DNA of 64,000 bases from Escherichia coli O127:H6 str. E2348/69 (GTDB taxonomy: Bacteria; Pseudomonadota; Gammaproteobacteria; Enterobacterales; Enterobacteriaceae). Position 1 is the first letter of the stretch; the number at the start of each line of letters is the position of its first letter. Below, piece after piece: positions 38,053-48,836 of the stretch. A program made the translations under genes and the position numbers. Where the stretch lies: the NCBI RefSeq assembly GCF_000026545.1, contig NC_011601.1. One strand, written 5' to 3'. Under the pieces are notes generated by a model. That model saw nothing but the letters and a program-made list of their open reading frames with translations, was not told the DNA's origin and did no database searches.

Positions 38053-38976
38053 TCACGCCGCCAGCAAGGAGACGAACGCTAAAAATGCAAAGCCAAACCC
38101 GGCCCAGGTAATGCGCGGAGTAATATCAAGACGCAGACGGGCCATGCTGTTTTCGAACAGCGCGATAACCAGGACGCCAACCACCAGTTTGACGATGGCA
38201 ATCACCAGCGCCAGCAGCAGCCCACCGACGGTGAAGGTTTCCATTTGTCCCCACGGAATAAACACCCCGACGAACATCTGCAACACCACCAACTGTTTCA
38301 GGTTGATGCCCCATTTCATGACGCCAAAACCGCTGCCGCTGTACTCAGAGAGCGGACCTTCCTGCAACTCCTGCTCGGCTTCCGCCAGGTCGAACGGCAG
38401 TTTGCCCATTTCGATAAAAGTGGCGAACGCACAGGCACAAAGCGCCAGCACCAGCGGGATGCTCTGGCTCAGTGGCCAGTGATAAACGGTGTCGGTGATG
38501 TTGCTGATGTTGGTGGAACCGGCAACCTGTGCGGCGACCCACAGACCAAGCAGCAACATCGGTTCAACCAACACGCCAAGCATCGCTTCACGGCTCGCGC
38601 CGATAGCGGTAAACGGGCTACCAGTATCCAGACCAGAAATGGCAAAGAAGAAACGCGCGATGGCGAAGAGATACAGTAAGGTGATCAAATCGCCAAGTTG
38701 CGGCAGCGGAGAACCGACGGTCACCACCGGCAGCGCAGTGGCGATAGTCAGCATGACGCCCACCATCACATACGGCGTCAGGCGGAACACCCAGCCGGAG
38801 GCATCCGGGCCAACGCTCTGGCGGCCCAGCAGTTTGATAATGTCGCGATACTCCTGCAACACGCCCGGCCCGCGACGGTTATGCAGACGGGCACGCGCCA
38901 CACGGGTAATACCGGAGAGCAGCGGCGCAACGGCAAATAGCACCAGCGCCTGAATTAACGGATATAAAACACTCAT
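38053..38976 (-). CDS. hycD: Formate hydrogenlyase membrane subunit HycD
   Basis: 307 aa membrane protein. Confidence 0.93.
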   Translation of the reverse strand: MSVLYPLIQALVLFAVAPLLSGITRVARARLHNRRGPGVLQEYRDIIKLLGRQSVGPDASGWVFRLTPYVMVGVMLTIATALPVVTVGSPLPQLGDLITLLYLFAIARFFFAISGLDTGSPFTAIGASREAMLGVLVEPMLLLGLWVAAQVAGSTNISNITDTVYHWPLSQSIPLVLALCACAFATFIEMGKLPFDLAEAEQELQEGPLSEYSGSGFGVMKWGINLKQLVVLQMFVGVFIPWGQMETFTVGGLLLALVIAIVKLVVGVLVIALFENSMARLRLDITPRITWAGFGFAFLAFVSLLAA

Positions 38977-38978
38977 TC

Positions 38979-40805
38979 TCAGGCTCCTCGTGAAACAATA
39001 ATCACCACCAGCACCGCCAGTTCAACCAGCGCCATCCGGCAGAACAGCAACGCACTCCCCTCGCACTGCCAGCCCGGCACCAGCGACACCGGATTCAACC
39101 ATTTGCGTAGTTTCAGCACCGGCGCAAACGCCTGTTTCACCGGCATGGCAAAACCGTGAGCGGTAATCACCATTGATTTTTCATGATCGTAGCCGCACAC
39201 CCAGGCCGCGCCGCGGGAACGCGACGGCAAACGATCGCCTTTGCAAATCGCCATAATGATGAATGGCAGCAGCGGGCAGGCAATCAGCAGCAACGTGATC
39301 ATCGGTTGAGAAACGGTGGTGTTAGCAGGCTCCAGCGGCAGAGGTACAGCAGCAGAGAGCATCGGCAGTAGCCACGGCGCAGCAACACCGCCAATTACGC
39401 AGCAAATCGCCAGTGCCACTACGCTTACGCTCATCAGGAGCGGCGCACAGGTGGCGTTTTCGGTCTCTTTGGTACGCGGCGCGCCGAGGAAAGTAACGCC
39501 ATAAACTTTCGCCATACACATCACCGCCAGCGCACCGGTAATTGCCAGCCCCACGGCGAGCAGCGGCCCGAGAAGACGGGCAACAAACGCGCCACTATTG
39601 CTCAGTTTGAAGAAGGATTGATAGATAACCCATTCCCCGGCAAAACCGTTCAGCGGCGGCAGCGCAGCCATTGCCATCAGCCCGACTAACATGGCGATGG
39701 AGATAACCGGCATTTTCTTGCCAATACCACCGAGTTTTTCGATATCGCGATGACCGGTACGGAACCAGACGCTCCCCGCACCAAGGAACAGTACGCTCTT
39801 GAACAGGCTATGGTTAAGCAGATGGTACAGACCACCAACCAGACCAAGGGCAATCAGCGCCGGTTGTTCGAGCGCGATACCCGTTACGCCAGCGCCCAGC
39901 CCCAGCAGGATAATGCCGATATTCTCCAGGGTGTGGTAAGCCAGCAGACGTTGGATATTATGTTCCATCAACGCATACAGACCGCCGACGAATGCGGTGA
40001 TCATACCGAGCACCAGCAGCGCGATCCCCCACCACAGCGGTGCATTACCGCCCAGTAGTGACAGAGTTAAAATGCCCAGCAGGCCAATTTTCATGACTAC
40101 CGTGGAAAACAGCGCGGCAGCTGGCGCAGAGGCGTTGGCATGTGCCTGTGGCACCCAGCCGTGCAGCGGAATAATCCCGGCCAGCAGGCCAAAGCCAATC
40201 ACACCGAGCAGCCAGATATCGGAACCGAGCGGCAGCTGTTGCATACGCATATCCAGCAGGCGCAGATCCAGCGTGCCGTAACGCTGCCACAGCAGCCAGC
40301 AGGCAATCGCCAGCAGCAGAGTGCCAAGACGCCCCAGCGCAAACCACAGTTTGCCCTCTTTGCTGTTGCTGGTGAGGAACACCGCACACAGGGCCATGAT
40401 TTCGGCCATTACCACGAACATGCCGAGGTTGCTGGCGATGACGGCACAGACGGCGGCAGCCATCAACATATTGATCTGCAAGCCGTTGCATTTCACCTGC
40501 GCGTGGCGATGCCAGTCAATGTTGTAGAGGCTGACAAACAGACCGCATAGGCCGAGTGTAATCAGCCAAATCGCATTAAGCGGAGAGATTTGCACATCGT
40601 AGCTTACCAGCGACAGCGCACCGCTCACGCCAACCGCGCCAGTCAGCACAGTGAAGCCCGCGGCTGCCGTATACAGGCTACCCACCGCGCCGCCAATTCC
40701 GGCTATCCAGCCACTTAGCGCTTTTTGAAAAGAAAAGAGAAATGCCAGAACAGCGGCGGCGACAAACCACGCCACGCCGCTATTGATCAGGGAAATTGCG
40801 CTCAT
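38979..40805 (-). CDS. hycC: Formate hydrogenlyase membrane subunit HycC
   Basis: 608 aa antiporter-like membrane protein. Confidence 0.93.
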   Translation of the reverse strand: MSAISLINSGVAWFVAAAVLAFLFSFQKALSGWIAGIGGAVGSLYTAAAGFTVLTGAVGVSGALSLVSYDVQISPLNAIWLITLGLCGLFVSLYNIDWHRHAQVKCNGLQINMLMAAAVCAVIASNLGMFVVMAEIMALCAVFLTSNSKEGKLWFALGRLGTLLLAIACWLLWQRYGTLDLRLLDMRMQQLPLGSDIWLLGVIGFGLLAGIIPLHGWVPQAHANASAPAAALFSTVVMKIGLLGILTLSLLGGNAPLWWGIALLVLGMITAFVGGLYALMEHNIQRLLAYHTLENIGIILLGLGAGVTGIALEQPALIALGLVGGLYHLLNHSLFKSVLFLGAGSVWFRTGHRDIEKLGGIGKKMPVISIAMLVGLMAMAALPPLNGFAGEWVIYQSFFKLSNSGAFVARLLGPLLAVGLAITGALAVMCMAKVYGVTFLGAPRTKETENATCAPLLMSVSVVALAICCVIGGVAAPWLLPMLSAAVPLPLEPANTTVSQPMITLLLIACPLLPFIIMAICKGDRLPSRSRGAAWVCGYDHEKSMVITAHGFAMPVKQAFAPVLKLRKWLNPVSLVPGWQCEGSALLFCRMALVELAVLVVIIVSRGA

Positions 40806-41413
40806 TTAGCCTCTCCACTTTGAGCCTGCTGAAACAAGGTGAGATCGCCAAAGTCCGTGTTAAAAGTCAGCTCACGCTTACGTTTGCTGACGCGGGCGAT
40901 ATCGGTGTTATCCACCAGATGCAGGGCTTTAGTCGGGCACATCCGCACGCAGGCCGGACCTTGTTCATCAAAGCTACAAAGGTCACATTTGACGGCGATC
41001 GCGCGAATACCTGGCACCCAGTCAAGCAATGTGCTGACACGCGCCGGAGCAGGCGGTGCCGGTGGCGCTTTCGGGGTATTGGCGTTTGCCGGAATATCCA
41101 GCGGACGGCTGCCGGAAAATTCAATTGCGCCAAACGGGCAGGCGATACCACACAGTTTGCAGCTTACGCACAGACTTTCATTCAACTGCACAGCACCATC
41201 AACACGAGTGATGGCGTTAACCGGGCAGACCACCGCGCAGGGTGCATCTTCACAGTGATGACAGAGCTGCGGCGCAGATTCTTTTTCATTTAGCATCACT
41301 CGCAGGCGCGGCATTGATTGCAGGCCGTGCTGGCGATGCGTCTCTGAACAGGCAGCCTCACAAGTGTGGCAGCCGATACAGAGCGTGGAGTCAGCAATTA
41401 CAAAACGATTCAC
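40802..41413 (-). CDS. hycB: Formate hydrogenlyase Fe-S subunit HycB
   Basis: 203 aa ferredoxin-like, four Cys clusters. Confidence 0.93.
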   Translation of the reverse strand: MNRFVIADSTLCIGCHTCEAACSETHRQHGLQSMPRLRVMLNEKESAPQLCHHCEDAPCAVVCPVNAITRVDGAVQLNESLCVSCKLCGIACPFGAIEFSGSRPLDIPANANTPKAPPAPPAPARVSTLLDWVPGIRAIAVKCDLCSFDEQGPACVRMCPTKALHLVDNTDIARVSKRKRELTFNTDFGDLTLFQQAQSGEAK

Positions 41414-41537
41414 CAGGCATTCCTCAGGTGATTGTCATTTTTGACGAAAACATGCCGATGAAATGTCATTTTCGACACTCATCGACACGCCCATCCCCAA
41501 ACAGGCGTAACGCCTGCAAAACGGGCAAAGCCTCAGC

Positions 41538-41999
41538 TCATGCTACCGGGCTTTGTCCCTTTACCAGTTGGCTTAAATTCACCGGCACATTGTTTTCAAT
41601 GGCGGTATATAAGCTGTCGTAAACGCCAGCGATTTTTTCGAGATAGTGTTCCAGAACTTGTTCGCGATCGCGGATGTTGACCTTGCCATCAATCATGCCG
41701 TCAATGCTCAACTGCGCCTGCGCAATCCGCTGTTTGTCTTCGCCATCTTTTGTTTCGACGTAATACTCGATGGTGTGGCTGTTAAAGCCATCCGCCAGGG
41801 TGACGTAAATGCGAAAATGTTCAAAAAGGACGAAACAGAGTTCTTTGTCCGGCGCGCAGCTCATGGCGTGATGCAGGCGCGCTTTCGATAACGTGATCCC
41901 CTGAACCAGCGAATTGCAGTAGATGTGCCACTGGTCCTGTAGGCGACGATGCCGCTGTGCGATGTAATCGGCTTTCTCGCTTATTTCCCAAATAGTCAT
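41538..41999 (-). CDS. hycA: Formate hydrogenlyase regulatory protein HycA
   Basis: 153 aa, first gene of the hyc operon. Confidence 0.92.
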   Translation of the reverse strand: MTIWEISEKADYIAQRHRRLQDQWHIYCNSLVQGITLSKARLHHAMSCAPDKELCFVLFEHFRIYVTLADGFNSHTIEYYVETKDGEDKQRIAQAQLSIDGMIDGKVNIRDREQVLEHYLEKIAGVYDSLYTAIENNVPVNLSQLVKGQSPVA

Positions 42000-42033
42000 T
42001 GTCAGGTTACCCGTTTAACAGAGATGCCAGCTT

Positions 42034-42052
42034 TAAGCATTTTCTGTGCCAA
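42034..42052 (-). promoter_or_regulatory. sigma-54 promoter of the hyc operon (tGGcacagaaaatGCtt on minus strand)
   Basis: GG-N10-GC element upstream of hycA. Confidence 0.7.
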
Positions 42053-42089
42053 CTTTTAATTCATTGTTATTAAAGCGATTTCTAAGCTA

Positions 42090-42140
42090 AAGATGAATTT
42101 CGTCGCCGTGTCGACGTGTCATTTCGACATCATCGACATT
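42090..42140. promoter_or_regulatory. FhlA upstream activating sequence in the hycA-hypA intergenic region
   Basis: Repeated tgtcgacgtgtcatttcgacatcatcgaca-type motifs; a similar block lies at 41440..41480. Confidence 0.55.
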
Positions 42141-42164
42141 ATTCACCGCAGGGATAATCAACAC

Positions 42165-42180
42165 TGGCACAATTATTGCT
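42165..42180 (+). promoter_or_regulatory. sigma-54 promoter of the hyp operon (tGGcacaattattGCt)
   Basis: GG-N10-GC element about 30 bp upstream of hypA. Confidence 0.75.
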
Positions 42181-42210
42181 TGTAGCTGGCAATAGTTAAT
42201 GGGAGGCGAT

Positions 42211-42561
42211 ATGCACGAAATAACCCTCTGCCAACGGGCACTGGAATTGATCGAACAGCAGGCCGCAAAACACGGCGCAAAACGCGTAACTGGGGTCTGG
42301 CTCAAAATTGGCGCATTTTCTTGTGTCGAAACCAGCTCTCTTGCCTTTTGTTTTGATCTGGTTTGCCGCGGCAGCGTGGCGGAAGGTTGTAAACTGCACC
42401 TCGAAGAACAAGAGGCCGAATGCTGGTGTGAAACATGCCAACAGTATGTGACGCTACTGACCCAGCGCGTCCGCCGCTGTCCACAGTGTCATGGTGACAT
42501 GCTACAGATTGTGGCAGACGACGGTTTACAGATTCGGCGGATAGAAATAGACCAGGAGTGA
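42211..42561 (+). CDS. hypA: Hydrogenase nickel incorporation protein HypA
   Basis: 116 aa from MHEITLCQRALE; Zn site CxxC...CxxC. Confidence 0.94.
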   Translation: MHEITLCQRALELIEQQAAKHGAKRVTGVWLKIGAFSCVETSSLAFCFDLVCRGSVAEGCKLHLEEQEAECWCETCQQYVTLLTQRVRRCPQCHGDMLQIVADDGLQIRRIEIDQE

Positions 42562-42564
42562 GCG

Positions 42565-43437
42565 ATGTGTACAACATGCGGTTGCGGTGAAGGCAACCTG
42601 TATATCGAGGGTGATGAACATAACCCTCATTCCGCGTTTCGTAGCGCGCCATTTGCCCCGGCGGCACGCCCGAAGATGAAAATCACCGGCATTAAAGCGC
42701 CTGAATTTACCCCCAGCCAGACTGAAGAAGGCGACCTGCATTACGGTCATGGCGAAGCGGGCACTCACGCGCCGGGCATGAGCCAGCGTCGGATGCTGGA
42801 AGTCGAAATTGACGTGCTGGACAAAAATAACCGTCTGGCTGAACGCAACCGCGCGCGCTTTGCTGCCCGCAAGCAACTGGTGCTCAACCTGGTTTCCAGC
42901 CCTGGTTCCGGTAAAACCACCCTGCTGACGGAAACTTTAATGCGCCTGAAAGACAGCGTTCCGTGCGCGGTTATTGAAGGTGACCAGCAAACCGTGAACG
43001 ATGCCGCACGCATTCGCGCTACCGGCACCCCAGCGATTCAGGTGAACACCGGTAAAGGCTGCCATCTTGACGCACAGATGATTGCCGACGCCGCGCCGCG
43101 CCTGCCACTGGACGATAACGGTATTCTGTTTATCGAAAACGTCGGTAACCTCGTTTGCCCGGCCAGCTTCGATCTCGGTGAAAAACACAAAGTGGCGGTG
43201 CTTTCCGTTACCGAAGGTGAAGACAAACCGCTGAAATATCCGCACATGTTTGCCGCCGCCTCGCTGATGCTGCTCAACAAAGTTGACTTGCTGCCGTATC
43301 TCAACTTTGACGTTGAGAAGTGCATCGCCTGCGCCCGCGAAGTCAATCCAGAAATTGAAATCATCCTTATTTCCGCCACCAGCGGCGAAGGGATGGACCA
43401 GTGGCTGAACTGGCTGGAGACACAGCGATGTGCATAG
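42565..43437 (+). CDS. hypB: Hydrogenase nickel-binding GTPase HypB
   Basis: 290 aa; N-terminal [10 protein letters not shown]-loop GSPGSGKTT. Confidence 0.95.
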   Translation: MCTTCGCGEGNLYIEGDEHNPHSAFRSAPFAPAARPKMKITGIKAPEFTPSQTEEGDLHYGHGEAGTHAPGMSQRRMLEVEIDVLDKNNRLAERNRARFAARKQLVLNLVSSPGSGKTTLLTETLMRLKDSVPCAVIEGDQQTVNDAARIRATGTPAIQVNTGKGCHLDAQMIADAAPRLPLDDNGILFIENVGNLVCPASFDLGEKHKVAVLSVTEGEDKPLKYPHMFAAASLMLLNKVDLLPYLNFDVEKCIACAREVNPEIEIILISATSGEGMDQWLNWLETQRCA

Positions 43438-43700
43438 GCGTTCCCGGCCAGATCCGCACCATTGACGGCAACCAGGCGAAAGTCGACGTCTGCGGCATTC
43501 AGCGCGATGTCGATTTAACGTTAGTCGGCAGCTGCGATGAAAACGGTCAGCCACGCGTGGGCCAGTGGGTACTGGTTCACGTTGGCTTTGCCATGAGCGT
43601 AATTAATGAAGCCGAAGCACGCGACACTCTCGACGCCTTACAAAACATGTTTGACGTTGAGCCAGATGTCGGCGCGCTGTTGTATGGCGAGGAAAAATAA
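43428..43700 (+). CDS. hypC: Hydrogenase maturation factor HypC
   Basis: 90 aa beginning MCIGVPGQI. Confidence 0.93.
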   Translation: MCIGVPGQIRTIDGNQAKVDVCGIQRDVDLTLVGSCDENGQPRVGQWVLVHVGFAMSVINEAEARDTLDALQNMFDVEPDVGALLYGEEK

Positions 43701-44821
43701 TGCGTTTTGTTGATGAATATCGCGCGCCGGAACAGGTGATGCAGTTAATTGAACATCTGCGCGAACGTGCTTCACATCTCTCTTACACCGCCGAACGCCC
43801 TCTGCGGATTATGGAAGTGTGTGGCGGTCATACCCACGCCATTTTTAAATTCGGCCTCGACCAGTTGCTGCCGGAAAACGTTGAGTTTATCCACGGTCCG
43901 GGTTGCCCGGTGTGCGTACTGCCGATGGGTAGAATCGACACCTGCGTGGAGATTGCCAGCCATCAGGAAGTCATCTTCTGTACCTTTGGCGATGCCATGC
44001 GCGTACCAGGGAAACAGGGGTCGCTGTTGCAGGCAAAAGCACGCGGTGCCGATGTGCGCATCGTTTACTCGCCAATGGATGCGTTAAAACTGGCGCAGGA
44101 GAATCCAACCCGTAAAGTGGTATTCTTCGGCTTAGGTTTTGAAACCACCATGCCGACCACCGCCATCACTCTGCAACAGGCGAAAGCCCGCGATGTGCAG
44201 AATTTTTACTTCTTCTGCCAGCACATTACGCTTATCCCGACGCTGCGCAGTTTGCTGGAACAGCCAGATAACGGTATCGACGCGTTCCTCGCGCCGGGCC
44301 ACGTCAGTATGGTTATCGGCACTGATGCCTATAATTTTATCGCCAGCGATTTTCATCGTCCGCTGGTGGTCGCTGGTTTCGAACCCCTTGATCTACTGCA
44401 AGGCGTGGTGATGCTGGTGGAGCAGAAAATAGCGGCCCATAGCAAGGTAGAGAATCAGTATCGTCGGGTGGTGCCGGATGCCGGTAACCTGCTGGCGCAA
44501 CAGGCAATTGCTGATGTGTTCTGTGTCAACGGCGACAGCGAATGGCGCGGCTTAGGCGTGATTGAATCTTCTGGCGTGCACCTGACGCCGGATTATCAAC
44601 GATTCGATGCCGAAGCACATTTCCGCCCGGCACCGCAGCAGGTCTGCGATGACCCGCGTGCGCGTTGTGGCGAAGTCTTGACGGGCAAATGTAAGCCGCA
44701 TCAATGCCCGCTGTTTGGTAACACCTGTAATCCTCAAACCGCGTTTGGTGCGCTGATGGTTTCCTCCGAAGGAGCGTGCGCCGCGTGGTATCAGTATCGT
44801 CAGCAGGAGAGTGAAGCGTGA
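43700..44821 (+). CDS. hypD: Hydrogenase maturation factor HypD
   Basis: 373 aa, CGGHTH and GPGCPVC motifs. Confidence 0.95.
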   Translation: MRFVDEYRAPEQVMQLIEHLRERASHLSYTAERPLRIMEVCGGHTHAIFKFGLDQLLPENVEFIHGPGCPVCVLPMGRIDTCVEIASHQEVIFCTFGDAMRVPGKQGSLLQAKARGADVRIVYSPMDALKLAQENPTRKVVFFGLGFETTMPTTAITLQQAKARDVQNFYFFCQHITLIPTLRSLLEQPDNGIDAFLAPGHVSMVIGTDAYNFIASDFHRPLVVAGFEPLDLLQGVVMLVEQKIAAHSKVENQYRRVVPDAGNLLAQQAIADVFCVNGDSEWRGLGVIESSGVHLTPDYQRFDAEAHFRPAPQQVCDDPRARCGEVLTGKCKPHQCPLFGNTCNPQTAFGALMVSSEGACAAWYQYRQQESEA

Positions 44822-45828
44822 ATAATATCCAACTCGCCCACGGTAGCGGCGGCCAGGCGATGCAGCAATTAATCAACAGCCTGTTTATGGAAGCCTTTGC
44901 CAACCCGTGGCTGGCAGAGCAGGAAGATCAGGCCCGTCTTGATTTGGCACAGCTGGTAGCGGAAGGCGACCGTCTGGCGTTCTCCACCGACAGTTACGTC
45001 ATTGACCCGCTGTTCTTTCCTGGCGGTAATATCGGCAAGCTGGCGATTTGCGGCACCGCCAATGACGTTGCGGTCAGTGGCGCAATTCCGCGCTATCTCT
45101 CCTGTGGCTTTATCCTCGAAGAAGGATTGCCGATGGAGACACTAAAAGCCGTAGTGACCAGCATGGCAGAAACCGCCCGCGCGGCAGGCATTGCCATCGT
45201 TACTGGCGATACCAAAGTGGTACAGCGCGGCGCGGCAGATAAACTGTTTATCAACACCGCTGGCATGGGCGCAATTCCGGCGAATATTCACTGGGGCGCA
45301 CAGACGCTAACCGCAGGCGATGTATTGCTGGTTAGCGGTACACTCGGCGACCATGGGGCGACTATCCTTAACCTGCGTGAGCAACTAGGGCTGGATGGCG
45401 AACTGGTCAGCGACTGCGCGGTGCTGACGCCGCTTATTCAGACGCTGCGTGACATTCCCGGCGTGAAAGCGCTGCGTGATGCCACCCGTGGTGGTGTAAA
45501 CGCGGTGGTTCATGAGTTCGCGGCAGCCTGCGGTTGTGGTATTGAACTTTCAGAAGCGGCACTGCCGGTTAAACCTGCTGTGCGCGGCGTTTGCGAACTG
45601 CTGGGACTGGACGCCCTTAACTTTGCCAACGAAGGCAAACTGGTGATCGCCGTTGAACGCAACGCAGCAGAGCAAGTGCTGGCGGCGTTACATTCCCATC
45701 CATTGGGAAAAGATGCGGCGCTGATTGGCGAAGTAGTAGAACGTAAAGGTGTTCGTCTTGCCGGTCTGTATGGCGTGAAACGAACCCTCGATCTACCGCA
45801 CGCCGAACCGCTTCCGCGTATATGCTAA
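44818..45828 (+). CDS. hypE: Carbamoyl dehydratase HypE
   Basis: 336 aa ending PRIC. Confidence 0.95.
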   Translation: MNNIQLAHGSGGQAMQQLINSLFMEAFANPWLAEQEDQARLDLAQLVAEGDRLAFSTDSYVIDPLFFPGGNIGKLAICGTANDVAVSGAIPRYLSCGFILEEGLPMETLKAVVTSMAETARAAGIAIVTGDTKVVQRGAADKLFINTAGMGAIPANIHWGAQTLTAGDVLLVSGTLGDHGATILNLREQLGLDGELVSDCAVLTPLIQTLRDIPGVKALRDATRGGVNAVVHEFAAACGCGIELSEAALPVKPAVRGVCELLGLDALNFANEGKLVIAVERNAAEQVLAALHSHPLGKDAALIGEVVERKGVRLAGLYGVKRTLDLPHAEPLPRIC

Positions 45829-45901
45829 TAAAATTCTAAATCTCCTATAGTTAGTCAATGACCTTTTGCACCGCTTTGCGGTGCTTTCCTGGAAGAACAA
45901 A

Positions 45902-47980
45902 ATGTCATATACACCGATGAGTGATCTCGGACAGCAAGGGTTGTTCGACATCACTCGGACACTATTGCAGCAGCCCGATCTGGCCTCGCTGTGTGAGGCT
46001 CTTTCGCAACTGGTAAAGCGTTCTGCGCTCGCCGACAACGCGGCTATTGTGTTGTGGCAAGCGCAGACTCAACGTGCGTCTTATTACGCATCGCGTGAAA
46101 AAGACACCCCCATTAAATATGAAGACGAAACTGTTCTGGCACACGGTCCGGTACGCAGCATTTTGTCGCGCCCTGATACGCTGCATTGCAGTTACGAAGA
46201 ATTTTGTGAAACCTGGCCGCAGCTGGCCACAGGTGGGCTATACCCCAAATTTGGTCACTATTGCCTGATGCCACTGGCGGCGGAAGGGCATATTTTTGGT
46301 GGCTGTGAATTTATTCGTTATGACGATCGCCCCTGGAGCGAAAAAGAGTTCAATCGTCTGCAAACATTTACGCAGATCGTTTCTGTCGTCACCGAACAAA
46401 TCCAGAGCCGCGTCGTTAACAATGTCGACTATGAGTTGTTATGCCGGGAACGCGATAACTTCCGCATCCTGGTCGCCATCACTAACGCGGTGCTTTCCCG
46501 CCTGGATATGGACGAACTGGTCAGCGAAGTCGCCAAAGAAATCCATTACTATTTCGACATTGACGATATCAGCATCGTCTTACGCAGCCACCGTAAAAAC
46601 AAACTCAACATCTACTCCACTCACTATCTTGATAAACAGCATCCCGCTCACGAACAGAGCGAAGTCGATGAAGCCGGAACCCTCACCGAACGCGTCTTCA
46701 AAAGTAAAGAGATGCTGTTGATTAATCTCCACGAGCGGGACGATTTAGCCCCCTATGAACGCATGTTGTTCAACACCTGGGGCAACCAGATTCAAACCTT
46801 GTGCCTGTTACCGCTGATGTCTGGCGACACCATGCTGGGCGTGCTAAAACTGGCGCAATGCGAAGAGAAAGTCTTTACCACTACCAATCTGAATTTACTG
46901 CGCCAGATTGCCGAACGTGTGGCAATCGCTGTCGATAACGCCCTCGCCTATCAGGAAATTCATCGTCTGAAAGAACGGCTGGTTGATGAAAACCTCGCCC
47001 TGACCGAGCAGCTCAACAATGTTGATAGTGAATTTGGCGAGATTATTGGCCGCAGCGAAGCCATGTACAGCGTACTTAAACAAGTGGAAATGGTGGCGCA
47101 AAGTGACAGTACCGTTCTGATCCTCGGTGAAACTGGTACAGGTAAAGAGCTGATTGCCCGCGCGATCCATAATCTCAGTGGGCGTAATAATCGCCGCATG
47201 GTCAAAATGAACTGCGCGGCGATGCCTGCCGGATTGCTGGAGAGCGATCTATTTGGTCATGAGCGCGGGGCTTTTACCGGTGCCAGCGCTCAGCGCATTG
47301 GTCGTTTTGAACTGGCGAATAAAAGCTCACTATTCCTCGATGAAGTGGGCGATATGCCGCTGGAGTTACAGCCGAAGTTGCTGCGTGTATTACAGGAACA
47401 GGAGTTTGAACGTCTCGGCAGCAACAAAATCATTCAGACGGACGTACGTTTAATTGCCGCGACTAACCGCGATCTGAAAAAAATGGTCGCCGACCGAGAG
47501 TTCCGTAGCGATCTCTATTACCGTCTGAACGTATTCCCGATCCACCTGCCGCCACTACGCGAGCGTCCGGAAGATATTCCGCTGCTGGCGAAAGCCTTTA
47601 CCTTCAAAATTGCCCGTCGTCTGGGGCGCAATATCGACAGCATTCCTGCCGAGACGCTGCGCATCCTGAGCAACATGGAATGGCCGGGCAACGTGCGTGA
47701 GCTGGAAAACGTCATTGAGCGCGCGGTATTGCTAACACGCGGCAACGTGCTGCAGCTGTCATTGCCAGATATTGCTTTACCAAAACCTGAAACGCCGCCT
47801 GCCGCAACGGTTGTCGCCCAGGAGGGCGAAGATGAATATCAGTTGATTGTTCGCGTGCTGAAAGAAACAAACGGCGTGGTTGCCGGGCCTAAAGGCGCTG
47901 CGCAACGTCTGGGGCTGAAACGCACGACTCTGCTGTCACGGATGAAGCGACTGGGAATTGATAAATCGGCATTGATTTAA
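45902..47980 (+). CDS. fhlA: Formate hydrogenlyase transcriptional activator FhlA
   Basis: Start MSYTPMSDLGQQ at 45902; GAF domains, sigma-54 AAA+ ([14 protein letters not shown]) and HTH. Confidence 0.94.
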   Translation: MSYTPMSDLGQQGLFDITRTLLQQPDLASLCEALSQLVKRSALADNAAIVLWQAQTQRASYYASREKDTPIKYEDETVLAHGPVRSILSRPDTLHCSYEEFCETWPQLATGGLYPKFGHYCLMPLAAEGHIFGGCEFIRYDDRPWSEKEFNRLQTFTQIVSVVTEQIQSRVVNNVDYELLCRERDNFRILVAITNAVLSRLDMDELVSEVAKEIHYYFDIDDISIVLRSHRKNKLNIYSTHYLDKQHPAHEQSEVDEAGTLTERVFKSKEMLLINLHERDDLAPYERMLFNTWGNQIQTLCLLPLMSGDTMLGVLKLAQCEEKVFTTTNLNLLRQIAERVAIAVDNALAYQEIHRLKERLVDENLALTEQLNNVDSEFGEIIGRSEAMYSVLKQVEMVAQSDSTVLILGETGTGKELIARAIHNLSGRNNRRMVKMNCAAMPAGLLESDLFGHERGAFTGASAQRIGRFELANKSSLFLDEVGDMPLELQPKLLRVLQEQEFERLGSNKIIQTDVRLIAATNRDLKKMVADREFRSDLYYRLNVFPIHLPPLRERPEDIPLLAKAFTFKIARRLGRNIDSIPAETLRILSNMEWPGNVRELENVIERAVLLTRGNVLQLSLPDIALPKPETPPAATVVAQEGEDEYQLIVRVLKETNGVVAGPKGAAQRLGLKRTTLLSRMKRLGIDKSALI

Positions 47981-48024
47981 CAGATGTGGTTATACTCGAT
48001 CAACATTCAATGAAAGGAGGCAGT

Positions 48025-48453
48025 ATGGCAGTTTCAGCAAGAAATCAATTAACCGGAACAGTTAGCGCAGTAGCAATGGGCGCTGTGAATGATGAAGTAG
48101 AACTGACGCTGGCAGGTGGTGCAAAGCTGGTGGCAATTGTGACTCACAGCAGCCAGCAAGCGCTGGGTCTGGCGAAAGGGAAAGAAGCGATTGCCCTGAT
48201 TAAAGCCCCGTGGGTAACGCTGGCAACGGAAGACTGTGGACTGAAATTCTCTGCTCGCAACCAGTTTGCTGGCAGCGTGTCGACAATCACCGAAGGCGCA
48301 GTGAACGCCACTGTCCATATCAAAACGGATGCGGGTTTTGAAATTGTGGCAGTGGTAACAAATGAAAGTCAGGATGAAATGAAACTCACCACTGGCTCGC
48401 GCGTTATTGCATTGATCAAAGCATCAGCCATCCTGATTGCCACCAAAGCGTAA
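48025..48453 (+). CDS. Tandem TOBE/Mop-domain molybdate-binding protein
   Basis: Two about 70-aa repeats each starting SARNQ(L/F)xG(T/S)VS; start at MAVSARNQ; ORF-track start 47986. Confidence 0.7.
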   Translation: MAVSARNQLTGTVSAVAMGAVNDEVELTLAGGAKLVAIVTHSSQQALGLAKGKEAIALIKAPWVTLATEDCGLKFSARNQFAGSVSTITEGAVNATVHIKTDAGFEIVAVVTNESQDEMKLTTGSRVIALIKASAILIATKA

Positions 48454-48463
48454 GCGCCGTATT

Positions 48464-48487
48464 TGCCGGAGAGTATGGCTCTCCGGC
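48464..48487. terminator. Bidirectional hairpin terminator between the Mop gene and ygbA
   Basis: gccggagag-tatg-gctctccggc flanked by A/T runs. Confidence 0.55.
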
Positions 48488-48491
48488 AGAT

Positions 48492-48836
48492 TTATTTCTT
48501 TGGACGATATTTTTCTGGCAACTCCGGCACCGGACGCTTGTCATCGATGAGATGACGCACGGTTAAGATCGGATGACGCCACAGCATTCTCGGCCCGGCC
48601 CAACGCATAATCTGTTTCATCTCTTCACGCTTTGCAGGCTGGTAACAGTGCACCGGACACTGCTTACAGGCTGGTTTCTCTTCGCCGAACACACATTTAT
48701 CCAGCCGCTTTTGCGCGTAAGCAAACAACGCCTCGTAATGCTCCGGCTCTGCTGACGCCTGCGGGCATTTCGCTTGATAAAGATCGATCATTTTTTTAAT
48801 CGTCAGTTTTTCACGAGAGATACGCTTGCCGGACAT
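48492..48836 (-). CDS. ygbA: Cys-rich small protein YgbA
   Basis: 114 aa with Cys-rich motifs, position between fhlA and mutS. Confidence 0.8.
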   Translation of the reverse strand: MSGKRISREKLTIKKMIDLYQAKCPQASAEPEHYEALFAYAQKRLDKCVFGEEKPACKQCPVHCYQPAKREEMKQIMRWAGPRMLWRHPILTVRHLIDDKRPVPELPEKYRPKK

